Assembly: GCA_963724295.1 (NCBI GenBank)
Contig: CAVRUC010000001.1
Span: 32,001-96,000, forward strand
Direction: 5' to 3'
Length of the DNA: 64,000 nucleotides
DNA from: an uncultured Chloroflexia bacterium
Lineage (GTDB): Bacteria; Chloroflexota; Chloroflexia; Thermomicrobiales; UBA6265
Below, piece by piece: positions 44,976 to 53,537 of the stretch. The notes beneath the pieces are model-generated. The model saw nothing but the letters and a program-made list of their open reading frames with translations. It was not told the DNA's origin and searched no databases. The position numbers and the translations under genes were made by a program. Every line of letters starts with the position of its first letter. The stretch's first letter is position 1.

Positions 44976-45202
44976 CTCACCAACGTATCTATGCCAGTTT
45001 TACCCTCAAAGTCACCACAGCCGATTCCTTGACACAGGCCGGTTCCCCTCGTGATTCCACGATGTCCTGAATTCGCGGGTCAAACCGAAAGCGACCCGGG
45101 AGTCTTGGACGACAGGATCCATACGGCGCGTCTGAGCCTTGTCCGCGCGATAGCGCATCGTCTGGATCGGCAAGATGACGCGCTCCGGCTCATCAGCCGC
45201 CC

Positions 45203-45218
45203 CGGCATGCAATGTGCA
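45203..45218 (+). promoter_or_regulatory. Putative sigma-54 (-24/-12) promoter
   Basis: CGGCATG-CAAT-GTGCA (GG-N10-GC), ~100 nt upstream of the 45317 gene. Confidence 0.5.
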
Positions 45219-45316
45219 CTGAAATTGGTTGAGAAGCCACCTGACGGTGGGTAGATCCTACCTCGCTCTTGCCGTAGTGATCCGGCTCACCTCAGCACGA
45301 TTGATGGAGGCAACTG

Positions 45317-45628
45317 ATGACAGAGCGCGATCAGGACGATGACGCCGGACTAAGCACCGATGACGGGGTCCGCATGCACTTTGGAACCAGAATCGGCACC
45401 GAGCCGGGGCAGAGTGGTGGAGCCGACATCAGCGGTGCGCCGGGCGGCGGCACCGGCTGGGGCTCCTTGCCGGAAGGCATGGGTACTCACGATGACTCGT
45501 CGGGTCTCACGGGCGCGGAAGCCGCCGGAGCTGAAGAAGAGGACAACGGTGCCGGGAAGCCGAGGATGGGATCCCATCACGGCGAGGTCGCAGATAGCGG
45601 CGTGAATACCGCGCCGGTGGGCACGTAG
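45317..45628 (+). CDS. Small acidic Gly-rich hydrophilic protein
   Basis: SD GGAGG; low-complexity G/D/E/S/T composition. Confidence 0.7.
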   Translation: MTERDQDDDAGLSTDDGVRMHFGTRIGTEPGQSGGADISGAPGGGTGWGSLPEGMGTHDDSSGLTGAEAAGAEEEDNGAGKPRMGSHHGEVADSGVNTAPVGT

Positions 45629-45751
45629 CGCTCGTTGGTCCTCACCGTTCGGAGCGCAAGGTGTCAGGTTTGTAGCCACCCGCATGGCGAAACTTTTCGG
45701 GAGCCGCCGGTTTTACGAAGTTACAAAGAAGTAGAGCGTTGACCTAACCGA

Positions 45752-46696
45752 CTACGCTTGTGCCCCTCGATCCAGCACCTCAAGCACCGGGGCAAATGCC
45801 TCGATTCCAGCGACTGAGACGGGATCGATCCAGACCATCATGTGCTCGACTCGCGCCTCCGCATAGCGGCGGATCTCGGCTGCTAGCTCCTCGGGCGTGC
45901 CGGTAAGCGGCCACGGAGCCATGACCCACTGCCGGGGCTGCATCGCATGTCGGGACGAATTTAGCAGATCGACCTGGATGCCGATGATCCGGGAGAGCGA
46001 TGCCGGGTCACGACCCACGTCATGGCAGGCGGCGTCGACCCTGGCGTTGAGCGCCTGCACGGCGGCGACGTCGTTCTGGCGGTCGGCATTCCAGGCGTCG
46101 CCGTAACGAGCCGCGAGATGGAGCATGCGATCGCCGCTGCCGCCGATGAGGATGGGCGGTCCTTCAGGACGCGGCCCGCGAGGGCGGAGCTCGCAATCGC
46201 GGGCGGTGTAGTAGGCGCCCTCGAAATCGACGTGACCGGTTCGCAGCAGCGCCGTGACGATCTGTAACGCCTCCGCGAAGCGGCTGACGCGGTGGCCATA
46301 GGGGAATCCGAAGGCGGCGTATTCCGGTTCATGCCAGCCGGCGCCGAGACCGAGGATCAACCGGCCGCCGCTGATCTCTTCGATGCTGGCGGCCATCTTC
46401 GCAATCAGGCCGGGGTTACGGAAACTGGTGCAAGCGACGAGCGGACCGATCTCTATGGACCGTGTCGTCGCCGCAAGGGCCGCCAGGAGCGACCATGCGT
46501 CCCACGCGCCCTGCTGGTGGACCTGGGGGAAGCGGAAGAGAAGATGATCCGGCAGCCAGAAGGAGTCGAACCCGATTTCCTCCGCACGCTGTGCCATTGC
46601 CGCGATCTCGGTCCAGCGGAGAAAGCTCCCGTTCCACGGCTGCTCGAAGTGCGGAACAAAGAGGCCGATCTTGAACGGTCGCCGGCGTGCATCCAC
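45752..46696 (-). CDS. LLM-class flavin-dependent oxidoreductase
   Basis: GFDSFWLPDH, SGGRLILGLGAGW, PPILIGG. Confidence 0.92.
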   Translation of the reverse strand: MDARRRPFKIGLFVPHFEQPWNGSFLRWTEIAAMAQRAEEIGFDSFWLPDHLLFRFPQVHQQGAWDAWSLLAALAATTRSIEIGPLVACTSFRNPGLIAKMAASIEEISGGRLILGLGAGWHEPEYAAFGFPYGHRVSRFAEALQIVTALLRTGHVDFEGAYYTARDCELRPRGPRPEGPPILIGGSGDRMLHLAARYGDAWNADRQNDVAAVQALNARVDAACHDVGRDPASLSRIIGIQVDLLNSSRHAMQPRQWVMAPWPLTGTPEELAAEIRRYAEARVEHMMVWIDPVSVAGIEAFAPVLEVLDRGAQA

Positions 46697-46949
46697 CGCT
46701 TTGACCCTTCTGGAAGTTTGCTAGATGGGTTGCAACATAGTCCTAGATACCAGTCGCATCGTGGCAAGGTGATGCCTGCCACGCCCGCGTCGCCCCTACA
46801 GATGCCCGGCACAAATGCACTCCAGATTCGCCTGGCTATCGCTCTGTGATAACGCTTCGTCCGTCATCTGCTCGCGGAGACCGCACTGAACCAGACGAAA
46901 CCAGGAGCCGACTGAGACGTCCGAACGGGGATGCCCTTTGCTCCATCCA

Positions 46950-48398
46950 CTAGCGGATGGTCGACGGCAGGATGTGCATTTGGCTGCGGTATTTGGCGAC
47001 GGTCCGGCGCGCAATGCGAATGCCGTGATCCAGGAGACGATCGCTGATCTGGGCGTCGCTGAGAGTGGTCCCGGAGGCGCACTCGTCGCTGATGATCTGC
47101 TGGATCACGTGCTTGATGCTCAGCGAGGCGGCGAACAAGTCGCTCATCGGGATGACCTTGCGTGACGGCAGCATGATGAACTTGCCTGCGACGGCGCGGC
47201 TGCACGTCGATTCATGCACACCCAGCGCGTTCGCCACTTCGCTGCGCGTCAGCGGACGCAGACCGCGCGCATCGCCCCGGATGTACGCTTCCTGATAGGC
47301 GCAAACGTACTCGGCCACCCGCAGCAGCGTTTGCTTGCGCTGTCGCACTGCCCAGATGAACTGCTGCGCGCGGGCGACCTGGGCCTTGGCGTGGGACACC
47401 GTCGCCTGATCCATCAAGGACGGGTCGATGGCGTCAGGAACATCCTGGGTGGCTGCGTCCGGCTTGGCAATCGCCCGGTAGAACGCCTCGGTGTGCAATC
47501 GGTCATAAATGGCGTTCGGCACCTCGATCCAGAGCTGGTCGCCCTCCAGGGTCACCACCACGTCGGGCACGACATGGCCGCCACTGGACGGCGCGGTCCA
47601 GGTGGTCGATTGATTCGACTGCAATGGATGAGGGGTAAGCTGATCGCGAATGAACGACTGGGCGGCTTCGACCTCGGCCGGTTCCACGCCCAGCGCCCGC
47701 GCGATGCGCGCGATCCGCTTGGAGCCGAGTTCTTCCAGGTGATCTTCGATGACGCGCTTGACGACGTCGGGAACCTCCACGCCTTCGGCGCGTAGATAGT
47801 CGACCTGGAGCAGCAGGGATTCCTGGAGTGAGCGGGCGCCTACGCCCGGCGGCGCGATCTCCTGAATCGTTTGCAACACCTTCTCGACATCTTCCATGCT
47901 CGTACCGGTCTCAACCGCGATCTCCTCGACGCCGAGCGAGAGAAAGCCCCGGTCATCGATGGCGTCGACGAGAACCAGGGCGATCCCCCGCTCGTGGGCT
48001 TCGCCCAAGCTGGCCATTGCGGACTCGAGAATTTGTTCGCGGACGTCCATCGCGCTGGCGATCAGGGTCATGGGATCAAAATCGGGGTCGGCGGTACTGG
48101 GGGCGCGATATTCCGTCTCTGTACGTGGCATGACCTCGTCGGTGCGTGTCGCAGGCGCCGGTTCGGCGCGCGCCGCGCGGCATGTCGCGCACGGTTCGCC
48201 ACCGGTGCGGCGCCCGCAAACGGGGCAGACGACACAGTCTTCCAGCTCCAGCGCCGGATTCTCATCGATCGCCTCGTTGATGGCGGCCTCGAGCTCGGTT
48301 TGCGACAGGCTGAGAATGTGATTGGCCTGCATCAGCAGCGGCGAAAAGCTCTGCTGAAACTCGACGTTCTGCTCCATGTGCGTCGTTTGGGTCTGCAT
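46950..48398 (-). CDS. rpoN: RNA polymerase sigma-54 factor
   Basis: Q-rich region I, ENPALE, PPGVGARSLQESLLLQ, PLTRSEVANALGVHESTCSRAV, RpoN box IARRTVAKYR. Confidence 0.95.
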   Translation of the reverse strand: MQTQTTHMEQNVEFQQSFSPLLMQANHILSLSQTELEAAINEAIDENPALELEDCVVCPVCGRRTGGEPCATCRAARAEPAPATRTDEVMPRTETEYRAPSTADPDFDPMTLIASAMDVREQILESAMASLGEAHERGIALVLVDAIDDRGFLSLGVEEIAVETGTSMEDVEKVLQTIQEIAPPGVGARSLQESLLLQVDYLRAEGVEVPDVVKRVIEDHLEELGSKRIARIARALGVEPAEVEAAQSFIRDQLTPHPLQSNQSTTWTAPSSGGHVVPDVVVTLEGDQLWIEVPNAIYDRLHTEAFYRAIAKPDAATQDVPDAIDPSLMDQATVSHAKAQVARAQQFIWAVRQRKQTLLRVAEYVCAYQEAYIRGDARGLRPLTRSEVANALGVHESTCSRAVAGKFIMLPSRKVIPMSDLFAASLSIKHVIQQIISDECASGTTLSDAQISDRLLDHGIRIARRTVAKYRSQMHILPSTIR

Positions 48399-48554
48399 AG
48401 GTGGTCGCTTATCGCTCCTTTGAACCGGCCACGCATGCTGTCGCGACGGCGTCCGTTCGAACTCGACACTCGTGAAAGCGGCCTACCGGCAGCCAACCAT
48501 GGCGCGATCCACGCGTCCCAGGCGGGTACGTGGAAGGGTCATCTTCTCGTCGGC

Positions 48555-48570
48555 TGGCACGCACGTTGCA
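48555..48570 (+). promoter_or_regulatory. Sigma-54 consensus site pointing away from rpoN
   Basis: TGGCACG-CACG-TTGCA. Confidence 0.75.
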
Positions 48571-48626
48571 CGAGCGTGCGGGGCCGACCCGAGAGTCGCG
48601 GATCTGCCATTGTGCGCGCCCATACT

Positions 48627-48642
48627 AGCAAGAATCGTGCCA
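48627..48642 (-). promoter_or_regulatory. Sigma-54 consensus promoter pointing to rpoN
   Basis: Minus strand TGGCACG-ATTC-TTGCT. Confidence 0.8.
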
Positions 48643-48672
48643 GAAACCACCCGCTATTTTCAAGGCCGGATG

Positions 48673-48710
48673 AGGCAGAGTCGGGGGTCCGTAGACTCCC
48701 GACTCTGCCT
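48673..48710 (+). terminator. 17-bp hairpin
   Basis: AGGCAGAGTCGGGGGTC-CGTA-GACTCCCGACTCTGCCT; the single non-Watson-Crick pair is G:U on the plus strand. Confidence 0.55.
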
Positions 48711-48894
48711 TCCGCTCACGGGCTATGCATTGGGGATGTCGAGACGTCTGACCTGGGTCACCGTCTCAGAAGTGGAACTGGGGGGGCTGACCGTTCACTT
48801 CGCTGGTCGCCCAACTGAGGAGTTCGAATCGACGCGTTGAGGAGCCCGTGAGTATCTCGCGGGAGTGCCCAAAGAAGGACACCCCGTTGTTGGA

Positions 48895-49479
48895 TTAGCG
48901 CTGTTGCCAGGACCGAAGCACCGCTTCGCGCGTGGCCTCCACGGCGGCGCTGTCGGCTCGATGCCCGTCTTTCTCGAGCTCGCGGATCACCACGCCGGGC
49001 ATGATCTCGTTGATGCGCATGATGGCGTCGGCGTGATCCCGAAGGTGACGCTCCGCCAGCGACGCGACACGGCTGTCGCCAAGCGCGGTCGAGGTGGTGT
49101 GCAGCATGGAGTAGCTGATGGCCGCCAGACTGAAGGCCGCGTAGTCGTCTCGCAGGCCCTTGGAGACACCTTCAGTGCGCAGGAGGTCGATGATGCCGGC
49201 CGTCTTGCCGAACAGCGCCGCTCCGGCCTCTTTGATCGGCGAGCCGATGGTCTTGCCCGTGGTCTCCTCCAAGGCCTTCAGCGTGTCGCGATGCTGCTTG
49301 ACCATGTCGTGGAAGTCGCGCACCGCCGCTAGAGCCATCGGATCGTCCTTGACCTCCGTCAGCTGGCGGTCGAGGGCTTCTTCGATATGCGACTCGAGCG
49401 CGGCCATATCGCCCACGTAGTCCGCGATCGTCTGCCGATGTTTGTCGCTCACCTCTGGTGAAATGGTCGTCTGCGCCAT
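48895..49479 (-). CDS. Ferritin-like (DUF892/YciE-F-like) protein
   Basis: DMAALESHIEEALDRQ...HRDTL...LRDDY...SYSML...HLRDH diiron four-helix pattern; SD AGGAGG. Confidence 0.75.
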   Translation of the reverse strand: MAQTTISPEVSDKHRQTIADYVGDMAALESHIEEALDRQLTEVKDDPMALAAVRDFHDMVKQHRDTLKALEETTGKTIGSPIKEAGAALFGKTAGIIDLLRTEGVSKGLRDDYAAFSLAAISYSMLHTTSTALGDSRVASLAERHLRDHADAIMRINEIMPGVVIRELEKDGHRADSAAVEATREAVLRSWQQR

Positions 49480-49527
49480 GCCGTCTCCCCTCCTGAAGCT
49501 GCGCGGTGACGTGCGGTTCCGATTGCG

Positions 49528-49725
49528 TCAGTCCGAAGCTGCCGAGCTCGAACTCGTCTGCCCGGTTGATCCCTGAGCCTGTCTCAACCCGTCCGAGATA
49601 TTCCTGATCGCTTCCTCGACCGAAATCTCGGACGCTTGTGCCGCGGATTGGATCGAGTCCATCGTGATGTGGCGAGAATCGCCGTGGCTCTCATTCAGTT
49701 CGCCGCAACCACAATCGAGGCACAT
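49528..49725 (-). CDS. Small protein with N-terminal CxxCGC and His motif (65 aa)
   Basis: SD GGGAGG; MCLDCGCGELNESHGDSRHIT. Confidence 0.75.
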   Translation of the reverse strand: MCLDCGCGELNESHGDSRHITMDSIQSAAQASEISVEEAIRNISDGLRQAQGSTGQTSSSSAASD

Positions 49726-49805
49726 GGTGCTGATCCTCCCGGCCGACTGGCCGTCTGCACTCGGTGTATCGGTAATGAGCCAACGTCGCGTTGCCATCGT
49801 TTCCT

Positions 49806-49821
49806 TGCAGATTTCATGCCA
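49806..49821 (-). promoter_or_regulatory. Sigma-54 promoter for the 49725/49479 operon
   Basis: Minus strand TGGCATG-AAAT-CTGCA. Confidence 0.7.
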
Positions 49822-49921
49822 TATCGCGACCGCGGCCCGCCGGGGGCTGAACGCGTGTCGTTTGCGGGAAGGTGGTAGAGTCGCAGTGGAATGATTGCCT
49901 TTTTTGGGTCGTGGAGAGAAC

Positions 49922-51289
49922 GTGGCGTACCGAATCTTGATCGCTGATGACAGTGCCGCAATCCGGGACGTGCTGCGCGAAGCACTCATCGATGAGGGCT
50001 ATGACGTCTCCGAGGCTGCCTCCGGCGATGATGTGCTGGCCGAATTCAACGGCAACGGCGCACCAAGGCCCGACCTCGTGTTGATGGATATTCGAATGCC
50101 CGGGAAAGATGGCATCGAGGTTCTGCGAGCGTTGCGGGCGTCACGCGATGCGGAACTGCCGATCATCGTCATGACGGCGTTCGGTTCCGCCTCGACGGCG
50201 ATCGAGGCGATGAAGCTGGGGGCATTCGACTATATCGCCAAGCCGTTCGAACTCGAGGAAGTGACTGTCGCTATCGAGCGCTTCTTCGAGCGCCAGGATC
50301 TGAGCGACCGGGTCGTGCGCTTGCTGGTCGAGAGCAACCGGGACGAGATCCTCATCGGCGACAGTCCCGCCATGCAGGACATCTACAAGACCGTGGGGCG
50401 GGTTGCCCGGTCAGATGCGACGGTGCTAGTTTCCGGGGAGACCGGGACCGGCAAGGAGCTGGTGGCCACGGTCATCCACCGCAACTCGACCTACTCCGCC
50501 GGACCGTTGATCAAGGTCAACTGTGCGGCGCTGCCCGAGACTCTCCTGGAGAGCGAGCTGTTCGGGCACGAGAAGGGTGCATTTACAGGGGCGATCGCTC
50601 AGCGTAAAGGTCGCTTCGAGCTCGCCAACAAGGGCACCATCTTTCTCGACGAAGTCGGAGAGCTAACGCTCGCCACACAGAAAAAGCTCTTGCGCGTGCT
50701 CCAGGAGCGGGAGTTCGAGCGCGTCGGTGGCACGGGCAGCATCAAAGTCGACACCAGAGTGGTGGCCGCCACCAACAAGGACCTACCGCGGGAGATCGAC
50801 GCTGGAAACTTCCGGGAGGACCTCTACTACCGGCTCAATGTCATCGCCATCGAGCTGCCGCCTCTGCGCGAGCGCTATACAGATATCCCGTTGTTGGTCG
50901 AGCATTTCTTGCATAAGCATCGCTACGGTCGTAGCTCTGCACCGGCTCGCATTAGCCAGGAAGCGATGAGCCGCTTGCTCGCGCATGACTGGCCGGGGAA
51001 CGTGCGGGAGCTGGAGAACACCATCGAGCGCGCGGTGATCATGGCGCGCGGCGGCGTGATCGCCGCCGACCACGTGACCTTCCCCGGGCAGGAGACGCGC
51101 CGGCCGGTCGACGTGACGCAAGCCATCGCGGACGGCACGTCGCTCGATGCATTTCTCAAAGACATGGAATCGCGATACCTGCGAGAGGCGCTACGGCAGG
51201 CCGGGGGCAACGAATCCGTCGCGGCCGGCCTCATCGGGGTCGACCTGGAAGAACTCCGAGGCCGCGTGGCGCGTACCGAAGGAGAGTGA
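49922..51289 (+). CDS. NtrC-family sigma-54 activator (receiver-AAA+-HTH)
   Basis: ILIADD, LMDIRMP, GETGTGKE, ESELFGHEKGAFTGA, FLDEVG, FREDLYYRL, WPGNVRELEN. Confidence 0.96.
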   Translation: MAYRILIADDSAAIRDVLREALIDEGYDVSEAASGDDVLAEFNGNGAPRPDLVLMDIRMPGKDGIEVLRALRASRDAELPIIVMTAFGSASTAIEAMKLGAFDYIAKPFELEEVTVAIERFFERQDLSDRVVRLLVESNRDEILIGDSPAMQDIYKTVGRVARSDATVLVSGETGTGKELVATVIHRNSTYSAGPLIKVNCAALPETLLESELFGHEKGAFTGAIAQRKGRFELANKGTIFLDEVGELTLATQKKLLRVLQEREFERVGGTGSIKVDTRVVAATNKDLPREIDAGNFREDLYYRLNVIAIELPPLRERYTDIPLLVEHFLHKHRYGRSSAPARISQEAMSRLLAHDWPGNVRELENTIERAVIMARGGVIAADHVTFPGQETRRPVDVTQAIADGTSLDAFLKDMESRYLREALRQAGGNESVAAGLIGVDLEELRGRVARTEGE

Positions 51290-51348
51290 ACGCGCTCCCT
51301 GACGCCATCGGAGCGAATGACCGGAGAATGCCTGTCGACGATGACGAG

Positions 51349-51364
51349 TGGCACAGTGCGTGCG
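51349..51364 (+). promoter_or_regulatory. Putative sigma-54 promoter for the receiver gene
   Basis: TGGCACA-GTGC-GTGCG (GG-N10-GC), ~80 nt before the ATG. Confidence 0.55.
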
Positions 51365-51445
51365 GGGCCTGCCCCAAGCGGGAACGCGCGTCGCGGCCGG
51401 CTGTGGTCCGTACAGGAAGACCAAACGACAGTCGGAAGTCAGGTC

Positions 51446-51811
51446 ATGGGCAGAATGGTGCTGGTCGTCGACGACGATGAAGGTGTACGCGCGGTCATGG
51501 CGACCGCTCTCGAAGACGACGGCTGGACCGTCGAAACGGCAGAAAATGGCCGCACCGCCCTGGAGACGCTCAACCGGGCGCGACCCGATGCCATCATCCT
51601 CGATCTCAGAATGCCGGTGATGGACGGGCTAACCTTTGCCGAGCGGTACCGAGAGTTCCCTGAACCGCGCGCGCCGCTGATCCTGATATCCGCCACAGTC
51701 AGCGAGACGGCAGTGCAGGCCACCGGCGCCGTAACGGGTCTCCGTAAGCCGGTCGACCTCACCGTTCTGCTCGACACCGTGAGGGAGTTCGCGGTCGAGC
51801 AATCCGCATAG
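51446..51811 (+). CDS. Single-domain response regulator
   Basis: VLVVDDD, ILDLRMPVMDG, ISA, KP. Confidence 0.9.
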   Translation: MGRMVLVVDDDEGVRAVMATALEDDGWTVETAENGRTALETLNRARPDAIILDLRMPVMDGLTFAERYREFPEPRAPLILISATVSETAVQATGAVTGLRKPVDLTVLLDTVREFAVEQSA

Positions 51812-51823
51812 TCACGGCAGAGA

Positions 51824-51863
51824 CATGGAAACGGGGACCGCAGACGCGGTCCCCGTTTCCATG
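51824..51863. terminator. Perfect 18-bp hairpin between convergent genes
   Basis: CATGGAAACGGGGACCGC-AGAC-GCGGTCCCCGTTTCCATG. Confidence 0.75.
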
Positions 51864-51876
51864 AGTGGCGATACGG

Positions 51877-52659
51877 CTACCGCGTAGCGACGACCGTTCG
51901 CGACCCTGGCAGCACCATCCGTTCGTTCCGTCCAACCATTCCGCCCAGTGTCGCCGCACCGATGGCGAGAATGATGGCGATTGTGGTACCCCATGCACCT
52001 GGACCAGCAGCCTGGGATGCGGTTTCCTGTGCCTGTTGCGCCGCTTGCTCGACTTCGGCAGGAACCGCGGCAGCCGGGTCCTCAGCAGCCTGGTCGGCTG
52101 CGGTCTGCGCCTCCGGGGGGACAGCGCCTTGGTCGACGGCCTCCGTGGCCACTGGGGCCGCGGCGCCGGCGATATTGGTCACAGTCGAGGCAAAGAATCC
52201 CAGCGCACCCGTGAGTGCCGTCGTGGCAAGCCACAGGAGCAGCAGCAGCGTTGCCGCTCCAGTCACGAATCCGTTGAGCGGTCCATCTGACTCGGAGAGA
52301 GTTGCCGCCGCGCGCGCGGCCATCCAGCCGCCGACAAAGAAGGCGACGAGCAGGCTCAAACCGCCCCAGATCCCAGCGGCGGTACCCCAGGTTTGGGGAT
52401 CATCTCCGCCGAGGGTACTGACGCCGAGAGCGAGCCCCAGGACGGACAAGAACAAGAGAACCGCGAACGCCGTGACCACTCCGGCGATAATCGGTCCCCA
52501 GCGAATTCGATCCCGCATGGGTACATCTGCCACGTCAACTTCCACTGCTGGTACTCCTATCACTCCTGTCGCCCCCGTCGAAGGTGGCAACCCTGTCGAG
52601 TCAAATCGTCCGGTCGCGGACGATTCCGCCGCTCGGCTCCCGAGAGGATCGGTATTCAT
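51877..52659 (-). CDS. Membrane protein (RxxWG-x-I-x-AG type)
   Basis: DRIRWGPIIAG followed by four TM segments; SD GGAGGAGG. Confidence 0.8.
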   Translation of the reverse strand: MNTDPLGSRAAESSATGRFDSTGLPPSTGATGVIGVPAVEVDVADVPMRDRIRWGPIIAGVVTAFAVLLFLSVLGLALGVSTLGGDDPQTWGTAAGIWGGLSLLVAFFVGGWMAARAAATLSESDGPLNGFVTGAATLLLLLWLATTALTGALGFFASTVTNIAGAAAPVATEAVDQGAVPPEAQTAADQAAEDPAAAVPAEVEQAAQQAQETASQAAGPGAWGTTIAIILAIGAATLGGMVGRNERMVLPGSRTVVATR

Positions 52660-52918
52660 CGAACGTCCTCCTCCATGCCAGCGGAGCTGGCCCAGGCGAA
52701 TCTGCCCATCCTAGAGCCGGGCGCGAATTCGCCAGTCACCGGATTGCCCTCCCCACTCAGCCGCATCTGTCGAGCCACAGACATCCGGCGCGGCACCTAG
52801 GTGCTCTCCGAGCCGACTCGTGTCGATGAGGCGAGAGACACGATCATGGCTCTAGTACAACGATTCGGCTGTCACCGAATCCACGCCACACTGAGGGCGC
52901 TCGGCGCCACCGAAACTA

Positions 52919-52934
52919 TGCACGCGCCGTGCCA
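52919..52934 (-). promoter_or_regulatory. Putative sigma-54 promoter for the 52659 gene
   Basis: Minus strand TGGCACG-GCGC-GTGCA. Confidence 0.6.
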
Positions 52935-53537
52935 TCTGAGCCCTGGTAGCGAAGCCGTACGGCTGCCGCCAAGCGAAACGGTACAAGTGGGCTGCAGGGG
53001 CCTCAGCGACCTGCGATCAGGCTGATCCGGCGGCGAAGCCGGCAAACGCAACAGCGCCACTGTGAATTAGGATGGGGATCGCGCTGGTTGCCTACGACAT
53101 TGATGAAGGGCCTGTCGCGGCTGAGGTGGCGCACTGGCTACGGATCCATCGGATGAGCGCGAATCGCAAGAGCACCGATATCGAGTCTGCATCGCGCAAT
53201 CTCTTGCGCTCCCGCGCCCGCCATCAAGTACGCAACATATCCCAGGAGATCAGCACCCGGTGGAGAGAACTCGCATTGAAAACGTGTTGAACACATGCAG
53301 ACGCCCCGGACGGGGCCGGGGCGTCGCGGGATGGGTGGTCCGGTATGCGGACCGGGTCGACGATCGGGAGGGAAGGGGAACCGATCGACGATGTAGGTAT
53401 GATCGGTCGTAGTGTCTGGCGGGCAAAGATCCGTTTGGGCCTCCGGATGGGCCCATTCGTACTCTGAGAAGCAGGACCCGACAGCTAGTTGACGTCACTA
53501 AGCTCCAGAAGGCTGAGGCGAGAGAAAGGACCGCGGG

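Noticed and set aside
53072..53290. 72-aa ORF upstream of the SelA-like gene
   Set aside because: Weak SD, atypical codon usage and no motif.
44950..53500. Sigma-54 cluster as an island integrated at tRNA-Gly
   Set aside because: No integrase, no duplicated tRNA 3' end found by eye, and no obvious compositional shift.
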